Origin: Fistulifera solaris
Taxonomy: Eukaryota
Direction of reading: 5' to 3'
NCBI GenBank assembly: GCA_030295235.1
Contig: AP026129.1
Location: forward strand, 744,001 to 808,000
Length of the DNA stretch: 64,000 nucleotides
The number at the start of each line of letters is the position of its first letter. Positions within the stretch are counted from its first letter, which is position 1. Below are positions 49,517 through 61,400 of this stretch, in pieces. The notes beneath the pieces are model-generated. The model was not told where the DNA came from. It was given only the letters and a program-made list of their open reading frames with translations, and made no database searches. Made by a program: the position numbers and the translations under genes.

Positions 49517-52500
49517 TTAATCGAGTTTCTTGCCTGTCGTGGAGAGAGGATCGATTTTGCTCTCTCGATCAAGCAAGTAGAAGATGCGTCCGATGCTTTT
49601 CTTCACTTCTGCGGTGTCCGCGGCATCTTGGAATGCCGCACCAAGGCCAAACAAAGAGAATAGAATGGCAAAGTTCGAGATCAAAAAGTCCTTGAAGCCG
49701 TACGTCTCCGGAAAGGTGAACAGCAAGTAACCACCGAACCATAGTTGGAGTGCATTTACCCATTGTTGGATAAACATCGACAAACCGGCCATCGTACCAC
49801 TCATAAAAGCATCGCGTCGATGGTTCGGTTCTGCATTGAGTAAAGCTTGTTGGTAATTCTCATATCTAGCGTTCTCGAGGCATAAGGCTGACACAGTTCG
49901 AATGTTGAGTAGTGTCTCAACAACGATTCCGCCCGGTGAATTCAATTCGTCTGCTGCATTCACATTGCCAATGTCCTCGCCAAGAAATGTTTTCATTTCA
50001 ATCGACGTGGCGAAACCCATAACGGGAACGCAACCGATTGCGAGTAGCGCAAATTGCCACATGAACTGATCGAAAATAACCGCACGTAAGATAACGACGC
50101 AACTTGTTCAAGTTTGAATAACGCACTTACAATCAAAGAAATCGTTACACCCGTGAGTACTGACGACAAAGCAACAATCAGCTGGCGGATTGGTTCACCA
50201 CAAAAAGCCTGAATACGAGCGGCATCATCTTGGAGTTCAGAGGTGATTCGACCAATGCTCCGCTTGTCAAAGAAGGCCACATCCTGTCGGATGATAGCAG
50301 TAAAGGCCGAGTCACGAACACGCTTGCTAAGGCGTTCACTTGCATGTCCGAACCCCCAGAAGACAAGAATGTTACCAATGAGACATCCTATAAGTAGGCA
50401 CAACCAATACACAGAAACCTTAAATGATCCATCTTGAATCTCGTCGGCGACCGACTTCCAGTAGTCCTGACATGAGTCGAAGCCATCAATAATACTACCG
50501 TTGACATCGGGACAAACCTCAACACGTCGAAAGAGCAAATCAATTGTTTCCGAGAAAATGACACCCCAAGCGGGAAAAACACCACCTGCTAAAACAGCTC
50601 CGATACTTCCGATCATAATGAAAAACCCATCTGGAGATGCAAGACGACGGGCTCTAGCCGCATCAAAAGCGCTGGCCTGCTCTTTCTCGATTTCACTTTC
50701 CCAGTTAACTTCCTCCTCATCTTCTGTTGACTCATTGCCATCCGCTTTGCTAGCATTGAGAGTCGTCAAGGTAGATTTCATTTTTGAAGAATCAAAGAGG
50801 CGCTTGTATAATCCATGGGGTCTCGAAATTAATTCATCGTGGCTGCCCTGCTCCAGCACCTTGCCATTTCCGATGTAAGCAATTGTATCAGCATTTCGGA
50901 TCGTGGACAGGCGATGCGCAATAACAATCACAGTCTGAGAACGAGATTCCATCAATTTATCAATCGCCGCTTGCACAACAGCTTCACTTTCATTGTCCAA
51001 AGCACTGGTGGCTTCGTCCAAAATGAGTAACTTGGGTTTCTTGACAAGCGCCCTTTGCGTTCATGACCAAGGCGAAGATGTGAGTTGATGACTAATCGAT
51101 AACACAAACAGAAACGTTAAAGACAATGCATTTGAAACTTACCGAGCAATGGCAACGCGTTGCTTTTGTCCACCGCTAAGCTGCGTCCCGCGTTCGCCTA
51201 CGGGGGTGTTGTAACCCTCAGGGAAGGTCATGATAAAGTCATGTGCGTTACTCTGCTTGGCAGCTTCTTCAATTTCCAACTGCGTCGCACCCGGAAAGCC
51301 ATACGCAATATTCCCTGCAATGGTATCGTTGAACAGCGTAGGCTCTTGGCCCACATATCCAATCTGGTCGCGATACCACGATACATTCAGAGACCTGTGG
51401 TGCACAAGAGGAAAATCAATGAGAACAAGAAGAAGCCCAGCCGCAACGAAAACGTCAAAACAAATCACTCACTTCAAGTCAACTCCGTTGTACAGGACTG
51501 AACCTTCCAAGGGATCGTAGAAACGCTCGATCAGACCCACAGTGGTTGACTTGCCACCTCCCGATGGACCGACTAGAGCAAGCGTTTCACCCCGACGGAC
51601 CTTAAGGCAGAAATTGTCAAACACGCGCTTCTTCGGTCGTGTAGGATAGGCAAAATTCACATCATGGAACTCAAGGTGCGGTACATCATCGGACGCGAAA
51701 TTGGAAACAGCCGCCTCATCTTCATTCGACGCGAGAGCTGTCAAATCCACCGCGCTGCCACCGCGCGACGACGGCTCAGAATCCGTGCCTCCTCCTTCCT
51801 GTTTTTGAACCAATCGATAATAGTATTCCTTCAACGCAAGAAGCTCATCGTGCGTCCCGCTTTCCACCACTTTGCCGCCCTGAATCACGTGGATCTTGTC
51901 CGCGTTACGAATCGTTGACAAGCGGTGAGCAATGATGATTGTCGTAATCTTTTTCTTCTGCAGGATGCTGTCCAAAGCATCTTGAACCACAAGTTCAGAC
52001 TCTGCATCAAGGGCACTGGTGGCTTCGTCAAGCAACAGAATACGAGGGTTGCCGACCAACACACGAGCGATTGCGATGCGCTGCTTCTGACCACCGGATA
52101 GCTGCGATCCCTTGTCTCCGACTTGCGTGTCGTATCCGTCCGTGAAAGCACTGATAAAATCATGTGCATTGGCCATGCGAGCAGCCTCTTCCACTTGTTC
52201 ATCGGTAGCGTCTGGGTTACCATATCGAATGTTGCCTCGAATCGTGGTGGCGAACAATGTAGGCTCCTGACCGACATAGCCAATCATGCGGCGCAGATGT
52301 GTCACATTGTATTCCTTCAAATCTTTTCCGTCCAGTTCAATGACACCAGAAAGTGGATCATAAAATCGTTCCAGAAGCGAAACGATAGTTGACTTCCCTC
52401 CTCCACTGCTTCCCACAAACGCAACGGTTTGTCCAGCAGCAATTTCGACGTTCATGCCGTTCAAGATAGGGTCACCGGGACGCGTAGGGTAGTTGAAGTG

Positions 52501-53871
52501 CACGTCTCTCACACTAATGCTTCCTGCAATCGATTCCGGTTTGAAACCTGTCGTGGCTGTGGAATCGATCTGATACTTGGGAAGGATTGCCTTGAGAACT
52601 TGCTCAACCTCTTCCGATGACTTGTTTGATTTCGTCGAACGTGTTGTTGTGCTCAAAGCGTCATCTTTCGGTTTAAAAATTTTCTTTTCTGGAGCGCCAG
52701 GCAAGCGGTTGATCGTTTGCAAGGCTTCGTAGACAGCCACTCGAGCTTGCGTGAAAGCCTCGCTAAAATTTCCGAATTGTGAAACACCCTGGGCAGCGAA
52801 GGCTACGCCCAACATCGACCCGAAAACCTCAGGTCCAGTAGACTCGCAAGAAACGGCTCCAGCTACACCCGCACTTGGGTCGCAGCCCGTGTCATCTATA
52901 TCACGATAAAACAAGGCAGTGCCGTAAAGCGACAAGATTGCATAGAGACATAGAAACGAGCCCATCATCGAACCTGAAAGATAGTTACATCAAAGTGAGC
53001 CAGAAAAGATCTGTGTACGTTCCCAAAACTCTAAAAAGAATGAGCTTACCATTTGCTAGTCCGATCTTGAACAACATGGATGTTGCCATCTTCATAGCCT
53101 CACTTGTTGCTTCTTCATACTGTCGGATGAATGACGGAATGGCGTTCAACGACAAAACTGTTCGAATCGACGAAACTGTGGTGTAGGCTACAGAACCAGC
53201 TTTACTATAAGCTTCCGCCGACCTGGTTCCTTTTCCTTGGTTAAATGTCATGACTGCCATCGCTGATGCGCAGACAAAAGGAATAACGCAAAGGACCACC
53301 AAGGCCACTCGCCAAGACGAATAGAATGCGTAGGCGAGGCCGAAAATACCCGTGCAGAGAAACTGAATTCCTTCCCCAAATTTGCGTCCCAACCCACGTC
53401 GGTACTTGGTGGACGCTGGACCCACCGCATTTGCCATACCTGCCGTATCATTGACGTCAAAATAGGCAGCATCTTGCCGCAAGAGGGCCTTAAACCACTT
53501 CAACCGAAAGTTCATGCAACCTCGGTAGGCGCATATTTCAAAGCACCATCCTTGAATGAGACTAGCGACTAGCGCATACGTTCCGACAATCATAAAAGTG
53601 TACGCCAGCTCTCTCACTTGTGCCAAACCGTCATTGCTTGCCGCCGAAATATCCGAAAAACTGCTGCTAAACAGATAAGCCAATGCTGGATACACCATGC
53701 CGTTCGCAACACCCGCTATAGCACCGACAGCGAAGAGCAGCTGCGTTGCGACGCCGCATTCAAAGACAAATCGGAGAGTTTCGCTCACTGAGGCTTGTGG
53801 AGATGCGCTCTTTCGACCCTTGGAAGATTCGCCTCGGCTCGAAGTCTCGAGAGATGTGTCTTTGCAGCCAT
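49517..53871 (-). CDS. Full-length ABCB/MDR (P-glycoprotein-like) transporter, copy 1, 5 exons
   Basis: Two NBDs (GSSGGGKST / [27 protein letters not shown]) and two TMDs in the order TMD-NBD-NBD-TMD; four GT-AG introns; ATG at 53871 needs one extra A. Confidence 0.9.
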
Positions 53872-54618
53872 TTTGATTCAAGCTGAGGTTTTTGAGATGC
53901 CGACGAATCACAAAAATGATCAAATTTCCACAAGAAATGCTTATTCTTTAGTTGCAATGGTGTTGACATGCGTCCTCGCCAACTTGCTGTACTGTAGCGC
54001 CATGACAAGCATTGAAATGAAAGCAAGAACAAAGGGCATCAGCTGAACGATAAAAACGGCGAACTGGGCGCGTTTGGGGTTTGGGACCTACAAAGTATAG
54101 GAACCAAAGGAGTACCGGGGTACTTCTTTGTACCTGGTAGGAACAACCAGGAACCAGGAACATCATCTTCACAGCAAACTGAACCGACGTGTCGTAGACG
54201 ACATCATGATAAACACCTATTTCGTATACCAAGTACCAAGTATAGTGGAAAACGGGTGTTAAAGTGTAAGGCCGATGCTATAACCGTGCGTAAAATGGAG
54301 AATGGTACATGTCATCCGGTACTGGTACTGCATTGCTGAACGTCTATTTGGTGCAAAACCATTTTTGCACTAGAGCTAGAGTTAGAACCAAAGTCTACTC
54401 AGCGAAATGTTAGACTGAAATATACTCCGTATGTGAAAAATGAGATGAAAAATGGAAAATTCAGGAAGATGCGGGAAATAAGCCCTATTTGCTGATATTT
54501 ACTTTTCTGTACAGCCTTTCCTACACTAAAAATTGACAATTCACTATATACGATAATGTTCAGAAAAAATTAAGCCCTCTCCTGTATAGCGCGCAAGCCG
54601 AAATTTACATACATAGTA

Positions 54619-54710
54619 ACTTTCATCAAAATCTGATGAAAGTGTACACCTTCATCAAGCAACGGAAACTTTCATCAAAATTTGATGAGAGTGTACAACT
54701 TTCATCAAAA
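54619..54710. repeat. Left subterminal hairpin repeat array
   Basis: ACTTTCATCA-n5-TGATGA(A/G)AGT at 54619-54643 and 54668-54692, plus a half-site at 54698. Confidence 0.85.
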
Positions 54711-55186
54711 AGATTCTGTCTCAATGCTGCACACGTGAGTTCGAAAGCGGTCGTATTCGACGTCCTTCAAGTCGGGGTGTGACTCGTAAGCTTCCTTGGG
54801 TCCCATCTGATTTGGATCATGGGGTATCGTTGGAGAATGTCACATTCAATACGTCGAGCAAGAACAGCACATTTGATTCTCCATTTACATCCTTTGAAGG
54901 TGAGCAATCAAACGGAGCCTATTCGCCTGAATGGAATAATGCAAATCGAGCTGTAAATCATCCAGATGGCGGAGCCACTACCACCAGCTGCTTGTTCAAC
55001 GTTCGCTACCAGACTTGGACGTCGGGGACATTCAGAGTTCCAAGAAGCAGAAGAAAGATCATAAAGAAGACGTACAGAGCAAGAACTTTGACAATGATGA
55101 CAAAAACGACAATAATGATGATGATGGCCGACTTGTAACTTATAATAAGAAGTTTCTGTAAATGTAATGTGAGTAGAACTTTACAT

Positions 55187-56196
55187 TTAAACATCAAAAA
55201 GAGGTGAGCCGCAATCCATTTGGTATTGGCATATGAGACATAAGGCATCCATCACAACTTGGTGTTTGTCTATCCTGTGACGAAAGGTCTCTCTTGGACG
55301 ATTAAAGAACTTGATGCGGCCATTGGAACTCTCTTGGCGAGCTCGAACGCGGGCCTTTCATTTTGCGAAGACCTGACTCATCATGCGAATTCGGTAAAGA
55401 GAGAACTTCTGGTTCTCCCTGATAGCCCCCGTCGGCGATTCCTCTGCAATGCGTGGGAACCAAGTCTGTTAAGCTTTTATTCTAGAAAGGATCATTCACA
55501 AGAGCGATTCCCTCGCCGATCCCTTGCGTTGCGCGAAAGACACTTATGTCGGGAAGACCAGCTCTTGTTCCTCTTCGCACCGACACTACTCGGTTCTCCC
55601 AGATCGACAAAGCAATTTCATAGTTGAGAGCAGACTGTTTGAACCTATGAGAGTAATAGGCTGTATTTTTCGAAAAGAGCTCATGTTTTGGCTCGTAGAT
55701 TCGACAATGAACCCCATCGACGCTAAACAGAATGTAGGGCAAATTTGTGTTGTTCGAATGCCAATCCGGTGGCCAGTATATCTTTGAAATACAAAGAAAG
55801 ACTTAATAAGAGAGAGTTACAATCGTAAATAGGCGCGATGATACTTACCTTTTCTTTCTTATGTGCTTGGAGCTTGCTAGCGTAAAATCCACTTTCGTAC
55901 GGTCTTTTCATCCTTCTTGAAAAGGCCAGATATAACATGTTCCGTCCGATATCATTTCAGAAAATAGACGCACATAAGAAACGAAAAAAGTCACTGAGTT
56001 TACTCATTTCCACTCGTGCAGCAGGATCTTTTGTCAGCTGCAAGTCTCGAATGAGGTGGGCGCATACAACCGGCGACGATCCGTATTAAGCCTTGAATCG
56101 TCGATTTTTGGTTCGCAGTTTCGTGTGCCGATTTTCCGGGAAGCCAGCGCAAAGAAGGCCCACCTTTAATAGTTCTTTGGGTGTAAGAACCAGCAT
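55187..56196 (-). pseudogene. Decayed DDE_Tnp_4-type transposase
   Basis: MLVLTPKELLKVGL...RFKA*YGSSPVVCA; SVDGVHCRIYEP...YYSHRFKQSALNYEIALSIWENRVV; C-terminal DKHQVVMDALCLICQYQMDCGSPLFDV*; several stops and frameshifts. Confidence 0.8.
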
Positions 56197-56342
56197 AGTG
56201 TTTCGTTGTTTGTGGAGAAAGAATGTGGTTGAAGTCGGTGAAACTCGAAAAGGTGCGAGTCTTTTGACGAACTCGCCAATCCTTCGATCTTTGCGATATC
56301 CCTATTGCACTCGGTGACTGGACAACCGCTAAGTGAAGAACA

Positions 56343-56448
56343 ACTTTCATCAAATTTTGATGAAAGTCTACAACTTTCATCATATTCTGATGAAAGTGTA
56401 CAACTTCTCATAAAGCAACGGAAATTTTCAACAATATTTGATGAAAGT
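56343..56448. repeat. Right subterminal hairpin repeat array
   Basis: ACTTTCATCA-n5-TGATGAAAGT at 56343-56367 and 56373-56397, plus a degenerate copy at 56424-56448. Confidence 0.85.
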
Positions 56449-58448
56449 TGGTACACATTAATCATATATACATATCGCGCACGCCAGCAATATTAGTTAG
56501 GGCAAAAATTTAAGCCTAAAAAATAATAGCTTAAATAACAGTCCAAACAAACAATGCGGCATTTAATAGTACTATATTTTACAATGACTTGTGACGTGGT
56601 GTGACATTTCCCGCATCTTCCAGTCGAATGTCAAGATTACAATCTGACGTTAGGAAATTAGGAATAATATATATATAGTGTCCTCGTGTCGTGTTTTTTT
56701 TGAAATTCTTGGCTAACCGAAGACGCTCTCCAAAATGGTGATTCCGATGGAGAACAGACAATTGCTCGCGCCAGCCGGACTTCCCCCATTTCTCCCCCCA
56801 ATAATTCGTGCGCAACATTCATTGACTCCCTTCTTTCAACTCACTTCTTTATATCTGAGGATGATAACGATAACGTCCCGCTGTTCGAAGTTTCATCAGG
56901 CGACAACAAAAGCGCTGAAACTCATACAGAAAAGACCCTTACGATATTTGGAATTGAGGAGACATCAAAATGCCAATTTCGCAGAAAAACAATTAATTGA
57001 CGGAACTCGCGCTTTACAAAAAGGCGATACTAACATGGCTCATCGAGATTTTCAACAAAGATTGAACATGATTCCGGATCATCAAGGAACGAATCAAGCC
57101 GATGCAACAATTGCTAGCCAAAGTTAAGCCCGCACTGGCATCCATTCGGAACGAAATTTGCGGAATGCGGCTGTGGAAGTAGCCTTTCTTTGCCAGGCGC
57201 TGTTGGCGATGACCTTCAGTGATCCCAAATAGCCGCTTTCACATGATGAGCCAGAGGAAGAGAACGAATCATCCAGGCGTCGTAGAAAACGACGAAGAAC
57301 GGAAAAAAGGAGAAATTCCACAAAAGAAATCCAAAAAGAAACAGAAGAGGAGACGTCGCAAGCGTCGCAATAAATCCGATAATAGTAGTACCAGCAGCAT
57401 GTACGGCGAAAAGAAATCTATACTGATATCTGTAAAATAAAGATAAGAATTGATTTCTTGTTTTAGCGATGCCCCAATCTTCATCGCGGTCCATGGAGTT
57501 GTTCAGGTCACCTCTGCTGCATCATCGTCACTATCAGCAAATTTGCCCTTCGAGGTCGAACGATATTTTGTTGTCGTTGTTTTTTTCGAAGTTGTTCGAA
57601 GATGCGGTCATACCCGCTGGTTTCTGCGCTCTTGATCTATTCGCAGCTGTTATTATCCTGCGTTCCTTACCTCGACCAGGGCTATCGCTGTCGTCATCAA
57701 TTAAATCATCATCATCGTCCTCGTTTCTTGTGACGCTTGGAATTACTCGCCCGATTGGTAGCTTCTTCTACAGAATTGTCCTCCATCACACTGCCATACG
57801 GGAAACGAAACATTACATTGAGATGGGTATAAGCGATACGAACTTGGCTTGAAACAAATGTTAGTGTTTGTCGAGCGAATAATAAAATGTTGCACAGAAT
57901 TTTTAAATCCGAGCAGGTGTGCCAGGCGTGTATCGTCTATATAAAAAACTAGCTCCCCATTTTTTTAAACCCAAAATCGAGCTCAGAAATGGTACCCCCA
58001 TTTTGACGATTTGCGTTCCAAATCCTAATATTATTCCGAATTTCCTAGTCAGAATGGAAAAAAATTTGGTTTCGGCCTCAAACCCCATTTTTTGGGTCGG
58101 GTTAGCCAGCGATTTTCAGATAGTTGAGTACCGGACCGACAGAAAAAGTCCCCCTTTTCCCATTTTTGGACCCATTGTTTTTGTAATAATGAAACTAATA
58201 CCAGGTAGGGCGATAACGATGCAACTCGAGCCGATGACAAATTAAAATTATAAGTTGAAGGAAAGGGAAAGTTTCTTCTGCGAGAAAATCTCTCAGTTGT
58301 GCGTTTGTAAGAAAGAATGCTATACGGACTCTAGGGATCCCTTGGCGTGTCACGCACAAAAGATAGATGCGGAGCATTTTCTTTCGGCTGAAAATTACGG
58401 AGTGCGCAAATCATAGTAAATGAAGCCAGAAGGTGCTACCGTTGCATT

Positions 58449-61400
58449 TTAATCTAGTTTCTTGCCTGTCGTGGAAAGAGGATCGATTTTGCTCTCTCGA
58501 TCAAGCAAGTAGAAGATGCGTCCGATGCTTTTCTTCACTTCTGCCGTATCTGCGGCATCTTGGAATGCCGCACCAAGGCCAAACAAAGAGAATAGAATGG
58601 CAAAGTTCGCGATGAGAAAGTCCTTAAAGCCATATGTCTCCGGAAAGGTGAACAGCAAGTAACCACCGAACCATAGTTGGAGTGCATTTACCCATTGTTG
58701 GATAAACATTGAAAGGCCAGCCGTAACTCCTCCCATGAACGCATCGAAATTGTGATTGGGTTCTGCATTTAGTAGGGCTCGCTTGTAATTCTCATATCTT
58801 GCGTTCTCTAGGCATAAGGCCGACACGGTTCGAATGTTGAGCAAAGTTTCAACCACGATTCCACCAGGTGAGTTGAGTTCATCGGCTGCATTCACATTGC
58901 CAATGTCCTCGCCGAGCATCGTTTTCATTTGAATCGACGTGGCGAAACCCATAACTGGGACGCATCCGATTGCGAGCAGAGCAAATTGCCACATAAACTA
59001 AATATCAGAAAAAAATGAACGAGGGAAATGAGTGAAGATCACGTGAGTGCTGTTTGCGTCTCAATGAGTGTACTTACGATGAAGGAGATGGTGACACCTG
59101 TGATGATAGATGACAAGGCAACAATCAGCTGACGAATTGGTTCACCAGAGAAGGCCTGAATACGAGCGGCATCATCTTGAAGTTCCGACGTAATTTTCCC
59201 AATGCTTCGCTTGTCAAAAAAGGCAACTTCTTGCCGAACAATCGCATTAAAAGCCGAATCACGAACTCGTTTGCTAAGACGTTCGCTTGCATGCCCAAAA
59301 CCCCAAAACACAAGAACATTGCCAACGACACAGCCGATGACAAGACACAACCAATATAATGCAACTCTAAATGATCCGTCCTGAATTTCGTCAGCAATAG
59401 ACTTCCAGTACTCTTGACACGAGTCGAAGCCATCTATGATATTTCCGTCAGCATCTGGGCACACTTCAACGCGCCGAAACAACAAATCAATCGTTTCAGA
59501 AAAAGAATGCCCCAGGAGGGAAAAAACACCACCAGCTAAAACAGCCCCGATACTTCCGATCATAATGAAAAACCCATCTGGAGATGCAAGACGACGGGCT
59601 CTACCCGCATCAAAAGCGCCGGCCTGCTCTTTCTCGATTTCACTTTCCCAGTTAACTTCCTCCTCATCTTCTGTTGACTCAATGCCATCCGCTTTGCTAG
59701 CACTGAGAGTCGTCAAGGTAGATTTCATTTTTGAAGAATCAAAGAGGCGCTTGTATAATCCATGGGGTCTCGAAATTAATTCATCGTGGCTGCCCTGCTC
59801 CAGCACCTTGCCATTTCCGATGTAAGCAATTGTATCAGCATTTCGGATAGTGGACAGGCGATGCGCAATAACAATCACAGTCTGAGAACGAGATTCCATC
59901 AATTTATCAATCGCCGCTTGCACGACAGCTTCACTTTCATTGTCCAAAGCACTGGTGGCTTCGTCCAAAATGAGTAACTTGGGTTTCTTGACAAGCGCCC
60001 TTTGCGTTCATGACCAAGGCGAAGATGTGAGTTGATGACTAATCGATAACACAAATAGAAACATTAAAGAAAATGCATTTGAAACTTACCGAGCAATGGC
60101 AACGCGTTGCTTCTGTCCACCGCTAAGCTGCGTCCCGCGTTCGCCTACGGGGGTGTTGTAACCCTCGGGGAAGGTCATGATAAAGTCATGTGCGTTACTC
60201 TGCTTGGCAGCTTCTTCAATTTCCAACTGCGTCGCACCCGGAAAGCCATACGCAATATTCCCTGCAATGGTATCGTTGAACAGCGTAGGCTCTTGGCCCA
60301 CATATCCAATCTGGTCGCGATACCACGATACATTCAGAGACCTGTGGTGCACAAGAGGAAAACCAATGAGAACAAGAAGAAGCCCAGCCGCAACGAAAAC
60401 GTCAAAACAAATCACTCACTTCAAGTCAACTCCGTTGTACAGGACTGAACCTTCCAAGGGATCGTAGAAACGCTCGATCAGACCCACAGTGGTTGACTTG
60501 CCACCTCCCGATGGACCGACTAGAGCAAGCGTTTCACCCCGACGGACCTTAAGGCAGAAATTGTCAAACACGCGCTTCTTCGGTCGTGTAGGATAGGCAA
60601 AATTCACATCATGGAACTCAAGGTGCGGTACATCATCGGACGCGAAATTGGAAACAGCCGCCTCATCTTCATTCGACGCGAGAGCTGTCAAATCCACCGC
60701 GCTGCCACCGCGCGACGACGGCTCAGAATCCGTGCCTCCTCCTTCCTGCTTTTGAACCAATCGATAATAGTATTCCTTCAACGCAAGAAGCTCATCGTGC
60801 GTCCCGCTTTCCACCACTTTGCCGCCCTGAATCACGTGGATCTTGTCCGCATTACGAATCGTTGACAAGCGGTGAGCAATGATGATTGTCGTAATCTTTT
60901 TCTTCTGCAGGATGCTGTCCAAAGCATCTTGTACCACAAGTTCAGACTCTGCATCAAGGGCACTGGTGGCTTCGTCAAGCAACAGAATACGAGGGTTGCC
61001 GACCAACACACGAGCGATTGCGATGCGCTGCTTCTGACCACCGGATAGCTGCGATCCCTTGTCTCCGACTTGCGTGTCGTATCCGTCCGTGAAAGCACTG
61101 ATAAAATCATGTGCATTGGCCATGCGAGCAGCCTCTTCCACTTGTTCATCGGTAGCGTCTGGGTTACCATATCGAATGTTGCCTCGAATCGTGGTGGCGA
61201 ACAATGTGGGCTCCTGACCGACATAGCCAATCATGCGGCGCAGATGTGTCACATTGTATTCCTTCAAATCTTTTCCGTCCAGTTCAATGACACCAGAAAG
61301 TGGATCATAAAATCGTTCCAGAAGCGAAACAATAGTTGACTTCCCTCCTCCACTGCTTCCCACAAACGCAACGGTTTGTCCAGCAGCAATTTCGACGCTC

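Larger units (their letters stand above)
54465..56620 (-). mobile_element. PIF/Harbinger (PHIS)-superfamily DNA transposon relic, 15-bp TIRs, CAG TSD
   Basis: GAAGATGCGGGAAAT at 54465-54479 and its exact reverse complement at 56606-56620, flanked by CAG at 54462-54464 and 56621-56623; internal decayed DDE transposase. Confidence 0.85.

Noticed and set aside
54619..56448. CRISPR array (palindromic 25-nt repeats)
   Set aside because: Spacers are only 5-26 nt and are shared between the two arrays, there are no cas genes, the context is eukaryotic, and the repeats lie inside a TIR element.
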